From Dehalococcoidales bacterium (GTDB lineage Bacteria > Chloroflexota > Dehalococcoidia > Dehalococcoidales > ARS1013), in assembly GCA_030641585.1 (NCBI GenBank), contig DAOWHE010000066.1, positions 1 to 28,548 on the forward strand: 28,548 bases of DNA, read 5' to 3'. The notes below the pieces were generated by a model, which saw only the letters and a program-made list of their open reading frames with translations, had not been told where the DNA came from and did no database searches. A program made the position numbers and the translations under genes. Positions 8,655-17,161 of the stretch are shown one piece after another; positions within the stretch are counted from its first letter, which is position 1, and each line of letters starts with the position of its first letter.

Positions 8655-10646
8655 TTAGCTAAAGAAAATAAGGGCGAGACTGATGGCCAGTATGCCTAAG
8701 ATAATAAACATACCGTAAAGCTGGAGCTGCCCGGTCTGTGCTATCCTTAGAACTCTGCCGGTGGCTACTGTAGTGTCAGCTACTCCATTTACTGCGCCAT
8801 CAATTCCCCTGTTGTCAAATGATTTCAGGCCAGAAAAGAACCTGCGGACAACCAAGTTCTCAATAAAAAAGGCATTTATTCCCCTATCAATAAACCGGCT
8901 GTCAAATAGCTTGATGCCGGCAAAAAGGCCTTTTAGTAATACTATCCTGGCGATGATATTTTCATAAAGTTCATCAAACCAGTACTTATTGGAAAATACA
9001 ACATAAAATGGTTCAAACAGCCGGCCAATTCGCTCGGCTGACAGCCATCTGGCGCTGTAGATAGCATAGGCCAGAAGAATGCCGGCGCCAGCTAAAATTA
9101 AGGATACCCAGGGCAGCGGATGGGCTAAGATACCAAAGAAGCCCTGGAAGACGTGTGTTTCACTGGGCTCCAGAAATCGGCTGAACCCACCGGTGACATT
9201 AAACCAGCCGGAGCCAACCGCCAGAACAGCCAGAACCACCATTGGCGTAATCATTACCGACGGTGATTCATGTGGTCTTGGGCTGTGGTTTGCTGGACTG
9301 CCACCCCGGTACTGACCGCCAAAGGTAAGAAAGACTACGCGGAACATGTAGAATGCGGTCATAAAGACGGTGACCATGGCTAGGTAAAACAAGATGGGTT
9401 GGTTATTAATTGAGCTGGCCAGTATTTCATCCTTACTCCAGAACCCGGCAAGTGGCCAGATGCCAGCAATACTCAGCGAAGCAATAAGAAAGGTAGCATA
9501 AGTCCAAGGCATCACCTTGCGCAGTCCGCCCATCTGGCGCATATCAAATGTGCCGGTGGCGTGACTGACACTACCGGCTCCAAGAAATAGTAGTGCCTTA
9601 AAGAAGGCATGGTTAAACAGGTGGAAGATACCAATGGCTATGCCACCAACCCCCAGCCCCAGCATCATATAGCCAAGCTGGCTGATGGTAGAATAGGCCA
9701 GGACCCGCTTGATATCGGTCATCACCAGGCCCATAGTGGCGGCAAAAATGGCGGTTAAGCCTCCGATGATGGCTACAGTAAGCAAGGCGACTTCAGAGTG
9801 CTCAAAGAGAGGAAACATTCGGGCAACCAGAAAGACGCCGGCGGCGACCATGGTCGCCGCATGAATCAGAGCGCTGACCGGGGTTGGACCTTCCATGGCA
9901 TCTGGCAGCCATACATGGAGTGGAAATTGGGCTGATTTGCCTATCGCTCCGAGAAAGATACCTATGGCTGCCCAGGTGAGGACTGTGCCGGTTAGAACTC
10001 CGGCTAAGGCCAAGCTGTGGAGCTGAGCAATATCAAGGGTGCCCGTCTGGGATAAAAGGAGCAGTATTGCTCCAAGGAAGCCAAAGTCACCGATGCGGGT
10101 GACAATAAAAGCCTTTTTGGCTGCATTGGCTGCCGCCGGACGATGGAACCAGAAGCCAATAAGGAGATAGGAGCATAAGCCCACCATCTCCCAGAAGACA
10201 AACATTAAGAGCAGATTATCAACCATAACCAGCCCCAGCATTGAGGCGGTAAATAGTGATAAAAGGGCATAGTAGCGGTGGTAACCAGGGTCACCCTTCA
10301 TATAGCCTTGTGAGTAGAGCTGCACCATAAGGCTGACCAAGGTGACGACGATAAGCATCACCGCTGTCAGTGAGTCTATCATTAGACCGAGATGAATGTT
10401 AATGGCACTATCAATAACAAGCCAGTTAAAGTCGGGTATCACTAGCTCGTGGCCCGGTGCTGAGAGGAGGCTTATAAGTACCCAAGTTGACAGGATAAAG
10501 GAGCCGAAGATGGCGCTAATGGAGATATAACCGCTGAGCCTGGGATTATTCAAGAATGGTCTTACAAATAAAGCGATTACCGCAAATGAAAGTATCGGCA
10601 GTAAGAAGATAAGCCAGACCAGTTCATTTGGTATTACAGTTTCCAT
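8655..10646 (-). CDS. nuoL: NADH-quinone oxidoreductase subunit L, with a duplicated segment in the lateral helix
   Basis: YSQGYMKGD, FVFWEMVGLCSYLLIGFW, GKSAQFPLHVWLPDAMEGPTPVSALIHAATMV, HAFFKALLFL, and C-terminal FDELY...QTG. Confidence 0.95.
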   Translation of the reverse strand: METVIPNELVWLIFLLPILSFAVIALFVRPFLNNPRLSGYISISAIFGSFILSTWVLISLLSAPGHELVIPDFNWLVIDSAINIHLGLMIDSLTAVMLIVVTLVSLMVQLYSQGYMKGDPGYHRYYALLSLFTASMLGLVMVDNLLLMFVFWEMVGLCSYLLIGFWFHRPAAANAAKKAFIVTRIGDFGFLGAILLLLSQTGTLDIAQLHSLALAGVLTGTVLTWAAIGIFLGAIGKSAQFPLHVWLPDAMEGPTPVSALIHAATMVAAGVFLVARMFPLFEHSEVALLTVAIIGGLTAIFAATMGLVMTDIKRVLAYSTISQLGYMMLGLGVGGIAIGIFHLFNHAFFKALLFLGAGSVSHATGTFDMRQMGGLRKVMPWTYATFLIASLSIAGIWPLAGFWSKDEILASSINNQPILFYLAMVTVFMTAFYMFRVVFLTFGGQYRGGSPANHSPRPHESPSVMITPMVVLAVLAVGSGWFNVTGGFSRFLEPSETHVFQGFFGILAHPLPWVSLILAGAGILLAYAIYSARWLSAERIGRLFEPFYVVFSNKYWFDELYENIIARIVLLKGLFAGIKLFDSRFIDRGINAFFIENLVVRRFFSGLKSFDNRGIDGAVNGVADTTVATGRVLRIAQTGQLQLYGMFIILGILAISLALIFFS

Positions 10647-10676
10647 AAGCCCTTTTAGTCTATTCTCCCTTTACTA

Positions 10677-10988
10677 TTACCATTTCATCAAATCTATTTT
10701 GGTGGTATCTATGGTCTCACGGCTGCGGTAGATAGCCATTATTATAGCCAAGCCCACGGTAGCTTCAGCGGCGGCTACCACGATAGAGAAGATGGTGAAA
10801 ACCTGCCCGGTCAAAAGAGCTGGCACAATATAGCGTGAGAAGGCGACCAGAGCGATGTTGGCTGCATTGAGCATAAGCTCAATGGACATCAGGATGACTA
10901 CGGCGCTTCTTTTGGTCAGCGCTCCGTATAAGCCGATAGAAAATAGTGCTGCTGATAGGACTAGATAATGCTCCAGACCTAAAGACAT
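10677..10988 (-). CDS. nuoK: NADH-quinone oxidoreductase subunit K
   Basis: LFSIGLYG, MSIELMLNAAN and AAAEATVGLAI; three TM helices, 103 aa. Confidence 0.95.
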   Translation of the reverse strand: MSLGLEHYLVLSAALFSIGLYGALTKRSAVVILMSIELMLNAANIALVAFSRYIVPALLTGQVFTIFSIVVAAAEATVGLAIIMAIYRSRETIDTTKIDLMKW

Positions 10989-11010
10989 ATAGTTCCCTCT
11001 CTAAAGACTT

Positions 11011-11499
11011 TCATTTCTCTCTCACTATAGTAATGGCTCCTATAATGGTAGCCAGTAGTAGAATGGCAGCAATCTCTACCGTTAAGATAAAGCCGTCTTC
11101 ACCAAAAAGTTTACTAGCTAAGGCGACCGTTGTAGCCTCGGCAGGGGGTAAGCTGACTAGTGACCACGATGTTTTGAGCATGGCAAAGGTGACTGTCCCG
11201 AAAAACAATACGGCACTGATAAGAACCGGAACCACTAGCTTATTAGAAAGGCTGCCTCGCTCGACCTCTCTGGTTAGCATGATAGCCAGGATAATCAGCA
11301 CTGAGATGGCACCGACGTAAATGAGAATCTGAACCGCTGCCAGGAAGTCGGCACTGAGGATGATAAAGATGCCAGCCACCGCCAGGAAGCATAAAATCAG
11401 CGACAGCGCCGCCCGGAAAACATTGCGCAGCGTAACTACAGCTAGGGCAGCCGCTATAGCCACTATGGCTAGCACCCAAAAGGCAATTTCTAATGCCAT
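11011..11499 (-). CDS. nuoJ: NADH-quinone oxidoreductase subunit J
   Basis: ADFLAAVQILIYVGAISVLII and EIAAILLLATIIGA. Start taken as ATG 11499 (MALEIAFW), 5 nt after the nuoI stop, rather than the track's 11565. Confidence 0.92.
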   Translation of the reverse strand: MALEIAFWVLAIVAIAAALAVVTLRNVFRAALSLILCFLAVAGIFIILSADFLAAVQILIYVGAISVLIILAIMLTREVERGSLSNKLVVPVLISAVLFFGTVTFAMLKTSWSLVSLPPAEATTVALASKLFGEDGFILTVEIAAILLLATIIGAITIVREK

Positions 11500-11503
11500 T
11501 CTT

Positions 11504-13399
11504 CTACCTTGTAAAGTACTCCCTTCGGTCAATAAGTAAAGTCTGTTTGGGTAAGGTCTCCTCAACTTCGGGGTGGGCGTAACCGCTAGCTTGCCTCTTG
11601 TCCGGAAGCAGAAGCTCTTCTTTGCTTAGGAGTTGTTCATGGAGCCGATACGAAGCCCGCTCATAGCTATAACCCATAAACAGGGCATCAAAGGGACAGG
11701 CCTCAACGCATAAGCCACAATAGATGCATTGCCCACCACGGAGTTGGTACTTCTCTACTTCATAGGTAATATCACAGCGAAGGCACCGCTGCGTCTCTTC
11801 GCTTGCCGACTGTTTGCTCCAGCCAAGCTCTGTCTCTGAAAAGCTGCTAAGCCGCTTTTCATGTGGGATGGCGTCTATCTTGGGGCGCCATCCTTCTATA
11901 GGTCCGCCAAGGCGGTCTAAAATTTGCTCAGGCGGCGTTAGTGTTTCATCAATAATGCCGCTGCCGCCCAGGTATTTGTCTATGGAAATGGCCGCCTGTC
12001 TGCCGGCGGCAATGGCCTCAATAACTGTTGCCGGTCCGCTTATGGCATCACCGCCGGCAAATATCGCCTTATTGTTGGTGACCAGCGTATCGGGGGCAAC
12101 TTGGATCTTATCACCTTGTCCGGTAGCTAAATTAAACGAGGCTGGTACCAGTGGACGCTGACCGATAGCGGATATAATGTTGTCCAGGCTTATGGTAAAC
12201 TCACTGCCCGCAATTGGCTCGGGCCGACGCCGACCGCTTAAATCTTCGGCACCTAGCTTCATGCGAAGACACTCTAGCTCCAGTTCCCTATCCGAACTAG
12301 TTATTTGTGACGGGGCTGTCAGAAAGAGGAACTTTACTCCCTCCTCAGTTGCCGCCTCAATTTCTTCTGAACTAGCTGGCATTTCTGCCCGAGTCCGCCG
12401 GTAGACAATGGTTACCTCTTTAGCCCCAAGGCGGAGTGCGGTTCTTGCCGAGTCCATGGCAGTATTACCGCCACCGATAACGGCCACCCTATTTCCGAGT
12501 TCTATCTTTTTACCCAGATTGACCTCTCTCAAGAAGTCGGTACCACCCAATACCCTGGGATCATCCTCGCCAGCAACGCCTATTTCAGTAGTCTGATGGG
12601 CTCCAGTGGCTACGAAAACAGCGCTAAATCCCTGCCCAAGGAGGCTTTGGGGTGAATCCACCTTGGTATTTATCTCTATCTTGACGCCAACATTTTCTAT
12701 CTCTTTAATCTCGGCTTTAAGTATATCCCTGGGCAGCCGATAGCTAGGAATACCAACCCGCATCATACCTCCTGGCTCAGGTAAGGCCTCAAAGACGGTT
12801 ACCAAATGACCGCTAAGCTTAGTCAGGTAATAGGCGGCGGTGAGTCCTGCTGGTCCCGAGCCAATAATGGCCACCCGCTTACCGCTGGGTGAAGCAATCT
12901 TTGACCTCTTCCTCCATAGGCCGCTATCATTATCAACGGCAAACCGCTTGAGCATGCGGATAGCGATTGGCTCATCTATCTGCCCCCGGCTACAGGCAGC
13001 CTCGCAGGGATGGGCACAGATGTAGGCGCAGACCGAGGGGAAGGGGATCTTCTCTCGGTTTACGGCTACTGCCTCGGACGGCTTACCCGCGGTAATTAAT
13101 CTAATATAACGGGGTACATCCACATGAGCCGGGCAGGACTGGCTACACGGTGCCGGAACCAATCCCTTAGTCCCCTTCTCAGAAGTCATAATATCAATAC
13201 AGCCATGAGGGCAGCTCTGGGCACAGGTATAACAACCGATACACTTTTCCTGGGACCAGGCAAGCACATTACCCCGAATTCGGCGAGAAACAGTCAGTTT
13301 CTCTTCTGGGTATTGCGTGGTAATCGGCTTTCTAAACAGGTGCTTTAGGGTTAAAGCCATTCCCTTGGCTATGCCATTACCGTAGTGCTCAAACCTCAA
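11504..13399 (-). CDS. nuoI: NuoI fusion: complex I 2x[4Fe-4S] subunit containing an inserted GltD/NfnB-like FAD- and NAD(P)H-binding oxidoreductase module
   Basis: It sits in the nuoI position between nuoH and nuoJ. NuoI N-terminus: GMALTLKHLF..ITTQYPEE..RIRG, then CIGCYTCAQSCP (C53-C63). Insert: APCSQSCP, CAYICAHPCEAAC, GSGPAG, GGGNTAMDSAR, YRR, AGGDA, RCLRC. NuoI resumes with CIYCGLCVEACP (C558-C568). Confidence 0.92.
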   Translation of the reverse strand: MRFEHYGNGIAKGMALTLKHLFRKPITTQYPEEKLTVSRRIRGNVLAWSQEKCIGCYTCAQSCPHGCIDIMTSEKGTKGLVPAPCSQSCPAHVDVPRYIRLITAGKPSEAVAVNREKIPFPSVCAYICAHPCEAACSRGQIDEPIAIRMLKRFAVDNDSGLWRKRSKIASPSGKRVAIIGSGPAGLTAAYYLTKLSGHLVTVFEALPEPGGMMRVGIPSYRLPRDILKAEIKEIENVGVKIEINTKVDSPQSLLGQGFSAVFVATGAHQTTEIGVAGEDDPRVLGGTDFLREVNLGKKIELGNRVAVIGGGNTAMDSARTALRLGAKEVTIVYRRTRAEMPASSEEIEAATEEGVKFLFLTAPSQITSSDRELELECLRMKLGAEDLSGRRRPEPIAGSEFTISLDNIISAIGQRPLVPASFNLATGQGDKIQVAPDTLVTNNKAIFAGGDAISGPATVIEAIAAGRQAAISIDKYLGGSGIIDETLTPPEQILDRLGGPIEGWRPKIDAIPHEKRLSSFSETELGWSKQSASEETQRCLRCDITYEVEKYQLRGGQCIYCGLCVEACPFDALFMGYSYERASYRLHEQLLSKEELLLPDKRQASGYAHPEVEETLPKQTLLIDRREYFTR

Positions 13400-14513
13400 T
13401 TCTTTCCCCTCCTAGCCTGAAAAACCTTGACCATGAAAGTACTAAAACCACCATCGCTACTAAATTCAAAAACACTATTAGCCAGGGAGAAGCCTCGGGC
13501 CAGAATACGACCTGGAGGCTGGTGATAAGCAAATTTATTAGTGCCAGAGGCAGCAGGAACTTCCAGGCAAAGGCCATTACCTGGTCTATCCTCATGCGTG
13601 GTATCGTGCTCCGTATCCACACGATGAACAAGAAAACGGCGAATACTTTAATCAAAAACCAGATGATAGGCGGCAGTAGAGGCCCCTGCCAGCCGCCTAG
13701 GAAAAGGGTGGTCATTAGCGCTGACATAGCTATGACCTCGGCGTATTCGGCGAGGAAAAGTGTGGCGAACTTCATCCCTGAGTATTCAATATGATAACCG
13801 GCTACAAGCTCTGAATCAGCTTCCACCAGGTCAAATGGAGTACGATTACTCTCAGCCAGAGAGCCGATGAAGAAGATGAGGAACCCCAGTGGCTGAAGTA
13901 AAATAAAGGGGATATCACGTTGTGCCCCGACAATTTCAGTCAGTGACAGAGAACCGGTAATTAAGACGACACCAACAATAGAGAGCACTATTGGAATTTC
14001 ATAGCTGATTAGCATGGCTACATCTCGCATTGCCCCGATAAGGGAGTACTTATTATTGGAAGCCCAGCCGGCCATAAATACCCCCACTGCTGCCACTGAG
14101 CTGATGGCCACCACATAGAGGATGCCAATATTGAGGTCAGCCAGCAGCGCCCCACTCTGAAATGGAATCACGGCAAAAATCATCAGCACCGGAACAAAGG
14201 CAACCAGCGGTGCCAGCCAAAAAACCAGTTTATCCCCTTTAGCTGGGATCATGTCTTCTTTGGTTAGTAGCTTGAGGACATCGGCTATTGGCTGGAGAAG
14301 ACCGAAGGGTCCAACGCGGTTGGGGCCAAGGCGAACCTGGAAACGACCTAAAGCTCGTCGCTCAAGCCAGATAAATATAAGGGCGGTATTTAAGACAAAA
14401 GCCAGTATAATGACAGTAAAGACCACCCAGTGAAGCCAGAAGTTTCCCGGCCAGTCAGGGGGAAGCACCGCAAGTTGGCTAAATGAGTTAGGATTGGTAC
14501 TGAGTATAGCCAC
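13389..14513 (-). CDS. nuoH: NADH-quinone oxidoreductase subunit H
   Basis: WLERR, RLGPNRVGPFGLLQPIADVLKLLTKE, SNNKYSLIG, ESNRTPFDLVEADSEL and R(M)RIDQ. Confidence 0.96.
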   Translation of the reverse strand: MAILSTNPNSFSQLAVLPPDWPGNFWLHWVVFTVIILAFVLNTALIFIWLERRALGRFQVRLGPNRVGPFGLLQPIADVLKLLTKEDMIPAKGDKLVFWLAPLVAFVPVLMIFAVIPFQSGALLADLNIGILYVVAISSVAAVGVFMAGWASNNKYSLIGAMRDVAMLISYEIPIVLSIVGVVLITGSLSLTEIVGAQRDIPFILLQPLGFLIFFIGSLAESNRTPFDLVEADSELVAGYHIEYSGMKFATLFLAEYAEVIAMSALMTTLFLGGWQGPLLPPIIWFLIKVFAVFLFIVWIRSTIPRMRIDQVMAFAWKFLLPLALINLLITSLQVVFWPEASPWLIVFLNLVAMVVLVLSWSRFFRLGGERIEV

Positions 14514-15616
14514 TATCTATCCACCTCGCCTAGGCAAATATCAATGCTACCAAAGACGATTATGGCATCAGCCAGTTTCCAGCCAATGAGCATCTGCCGA
14601 AGAGCCGTCAGGTTAATTAAGGACGGTGCCCTAACATGGAAGCGATAGGGTTTATCTGAATTGTCTGACACCAGATAAAAGCCGAGCTCGCCCTTGGGAG
14701 CTTCAATATGGGCGTAGACTTCACCAGCTGGCGGCCGCAACTTGAGTGGCACCTCAGTTAGCACTTTGCCCTTGGGCAATTGCTCCATGGCCTGTCTTAG
14801 GATGCGTACACACTGCCTCATTTCCTCAATTCTTACGCGGTAGCGGTCATAGGCATCGCTGATACTGCCGGTCGGAATGTCAAACTCAAAGCGGTCATAT
14901 ACAGAGTAGGGGTCTGCCTTGCGAATATCCCACTTAACCCCGCTGGCACGGAGCACTGGGCCGCTGGCCGAGATATTTATGGCTAAATCCTTGGGTAGAA
15001 TGCCAACACCCTTAGTCCGAGCCAAAAGTATCTCATTCTCAGCCAGAAGCTGGTCATACTCATCAATAAAGCCGGGCATTCTGTCAACGAACTTAGCCAG
15101 GGCAGGTAAGAACTCATCAGGAATGTCGTGGCTAACACCGCCAAAACGCATGTAGTTATAGGTAAGCCGCTGGCCACAGACCATCTCAAACAGGTCGAGA
15201 ATCTTCTCCCTTTCCCGAAACATGTACAGTAAAGGAGTCCCAAAGGCGCCTAAATCCTGGACAAAGGTACCCACCGCTATTATGTGGCTGACGATGCGCT
15301 GCAGTTCCACCATAATGACCCGCAGGTACTCCGCTCGCTCGGGCACATTTATTTCAGCTAGCTTCTCTACTGCCATAACATAAGGCAAATTATTGCTCAT
15401 GGAGGCAAGGTAGTCTAGCCTATCGGTAAAGGGGATATTCTGCTTGTAGGTACACCCCTCAGCCAGTTTTTCAATGCCACGGTGGAGGTAGCCAATGACT
15501 GGCTCAATATCAACAATGACCTCACCATCAAGGGTGGCTCTTAAGCGAAACACTCCGTGTGTGCTGGGATGAAGCGGACCTAGATTGAGAACAAAGTGCT
15601 CGGTTTTAAGTGTCAT
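14513..15616 (-). CDS. nuoD: NADH-quinone oxidoreductase subunit D
   Basis: LNLGPLHPSTHG, GYLHRGIEK, DRLDY, EAPKGELG, and C-terminal GEVDR. There are no NiFe-binding CxxC pairs. Confidence 0.96.
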   Translation of the reverse strand: MTLKTEHFVLNLGPLHPSTHGVFRLRATLDGEVIVDIEPVIGYLHRGIEKLAEGCTYKQNIPFTDRLDYLASMSNNLPYVMAVEKLAEINVPERAEYLRVIMVELQRIVSHIIAVGTFVQDLGAFGTPLLYMFREREKILDLFEMVCGQRLTYNYMRFGGVSHDIPDEFLPALAKFVDRMPGFIDEYDQLLAENEILLARTKGVGILPKDLAINISASGPVLRASGVKWDIRKADPYSVYDRFEFDIPTGSISDAYDRYRVRIEEMRQCVRILRQAMEQLPKGKVLTEVPLKLRPPAGEVYAHIEAPKGELGFYLVSDNSDKPYRFHVRAPSLINLTALRQMLIGWKLADAIIVFGSIDICLGEVDR

Positions 15617-16055
15617 CAGAGTAATCCTTACGCAGTGGATGCCCTTGGAAACCGTCCCAGAGAAAGATGCGCTTCATATTTGGGTGAGCGTCAAATCTGA
15701 TGCCCATGAGGTCGTAAATCTCGCGCTCCTGATAATCGGCGCCCTGCCATAAGCTAAATAATGATGGGACTACCGGCTCATCTCGCTCATAGCACCGAGT
15801 TTTTAGCACCAGGCTGTGGTTATGCTCTAGTGACACCAGATGATAGACCAGCTCAAAGTAGTTGCCGTAATCAACGGCGGTAATACTGGAAAGATAATCA
15901 AAGTCAAATCCCGGCGTGGCCTTAAGATAGCGGGCTATCCGTAATAAAAACTCACTCTTGACGATTAGACTGGCGGGACTGGACTCGACAATACTTGTCG
16001 GAAATTGCGCCTCTAATTTACCAGCCAGCTCTTTTCCAGGAAGGGCTACTGTCAT
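15606..16055 (-). CDS. nuoC: NADH-quinone oxidoreductase subunit C
   Basis: FDYLSSITAVD, FELVYHL, WQGADYQEREIYDLMGIRF, and GHPLRKD. Confidence 0.95.
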   Translation of the reverse strand: MTVALPGKELAGKLEAQFPTSIVESSPASLIVKSEFLLRIARYLKATPGFDFDYLSSITAVDYGNYFELVYHLVSLEHNHSLVLKTRCYERDEPVVPSLFSLWQGADYQEREIYDLMGIRFDAHPNMKRIFLWDGFQGHPLRKDYSDDT

Positions 16056-16058
16056 CGG

Positions 16059-16655
16059 TTACTTGCCTTCCTGCATCGAGCTTCTTTTGGCTATCTTCTT
16101 ATGCAGCGTCATTATCCCATGAAGCAGGGTTTCCGGGCGCGGTGGACAGCCGGGTATATAGACGTCAACCGGGACTATGCGGTTATAGCCGGGCACAACC
16201 GAGTAAGAACCTTTAAAAAGTCCGCCGCTGATGCCGCATGCCCCCATAGCTATTACCCACTTCGGCTCTGCCATCTGGTCATAGATTCGCTTTACCTGGG
16301 GCGCCATCTTCCAGGTAAGCGTGCCGGCGGTAATCATCAGGTCAGCCTGGCGCGGTGAGGCACGCACGACTTCCATACCAAAGCGGGAAAAATCCCAACG
16401 AGAGGCGGCGATGGCAATAAATTCAAAGGCACAGCAGGCTGGGAAACAGACCACTGGCCAGAGTGCAGACCGCCGTGCCCAGTTCAAGACGGCATCTACG
16501 GTGGTGAGTAATATATTTTGGCTCAGTTCTTCATCCAGCCACTCATCCGGGTCAGGGATAGCCTCCCCGCTTGTTGCTTTTAGTGCCTCTATTACCCCAC
16601 CCTCATATCTATCAAGTTCGGTATCAGAGTAACTGTAGCTTTTGTCTATTTCCAT
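16059..16655 (-). CDS. nuoB: NADH-quinone oxidoreductase subunit B (N2 cluster)
   Basis: [31 protein letters not shown], and [13 protein letters not shown]. Start taken as ATG 16655, overlapping the nuoA stop region; the track's TTG 16676 is an alternative. Confidence 0.95.
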   Translation of the reverse strand: MEIDKSYSYSDTELDRYEGGVIEALKATSGEAIPDPDEWLDEELSQNILLTTVDAVLNWARRSALWPVVCFPACCAFEFIAIAASRWDFSRFGMEVVRASPRQADLMITAGTLTWKMAPQVKRIYDQMAEPKWVIAMGACGISGGLFKGSYSVVPGYNRIVPVDVYIPGCPPRPETLLHGIMTLHKKIAKRSSMQEGK

Positions 16656-17017
16656 TCGAGAACCTTCTTCCGCCAAGCATAGATATAGCCGACAACAATA
16701 ATGGCAATAAAGATAAGTGCCGCAATAAGACCAAAGACCCCCAGCTGACGGAGGTCAACTGCCCAGGGATAGAGAAAGGCAACCATAACATCAAGGGCAA
16801 TGAGAATGAGGGCATAAAAGTAATAGCGGAAGTTAAATTGAACCCATGATCTACCTATGGTCTCCATACCACATTCAAAGGTGGAGGCCTTAACAGGGTT
16901 GGGCTTTTGGGGCACAATCTTTAATAGTTTAAGAACAACAGGAATGAGAATTAGTGAGCAGGCAAAGAAGATAGCAACTACTAGCAATAGGGCGATATAG
17001 CCATAGTTTGTTAGCAA
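16646..17017 (-). CDS. nuoA: NADH-quinone oxidoreductase subunit A
   Basis: [30 protein letters not shown], and [10 protein letters not shown]; TTG start with an AGGAG RBS. Confidence 0.95.
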   Translation of the reverse strand: MLTNYGYIALLLVVAIFFACSLILIPVVLKLLKIVPQKPNPVKASTFECGMETIGRSWVQFNFRYYFYALILIALDVMVAFLYPWAVDLRQLGVFGLIAALIFIAIIVVGYIYAWRKKVLEWK

Positions 17018-17054
17018 CTGTTCGCTCCTGTGTTAAATCGAAAAATGAAAGCAT

Positions 17055-17084
17055 AGGATACCACTTTTATAACTTCTTTGTCAA
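17055..17084 (-). promoter_or_regulatory. Sigma70-type promoter of the nuo operon
   Basis: Minus strand TTGACA (17084-17079), 18 nt ending in TGG, TATCCT (17060-17055). Confidence 0.55.
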
Positions 17085-17105
17085 TACCCTCCAAGGTGGC
17101 TTTTG

Positions 17106-17134
17106 TTGACAAGGAGCTTAATTGGGGCTAGACT
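17106..17134 (+). promoter_or_regulatory. Sigma70-type promoter of the tubulin/FtsZ-like gene
   Basis: TTGACA (17106-17111), 17 nt, TAGACT (17129-17134). Confidence 0.6.
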
Positions 17135-17161
17135 TCAAATCCTGGCATAAGGAGGTGAGAT

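Noticed and set aside
11504-13399. Frameshift or read-through merging separate nuoI and gltD genes
   Set aside because: The flavoprotein module is inside NuoI, flanked on both sides by NuoI sequence in one frame, which simple gene fusion by read-through cannot give. Assembly chimerism still needs a read check.
14513-15616. Reading the operon as a membrane-bound NiFe hydrogenase (Ech/Mbh/Hyc)
   Set aside because: The large subunit lacks both CxxC NiFe-binding motifs and keeps complex I quinone-site residues.
17078-17095. Rex operator (TTGTGAA-N4-TTCACAA) at the nuo promoter
   Set aside because: Only one degenerate half-site (TTGTCAA), which is fully explained by the -35 box.
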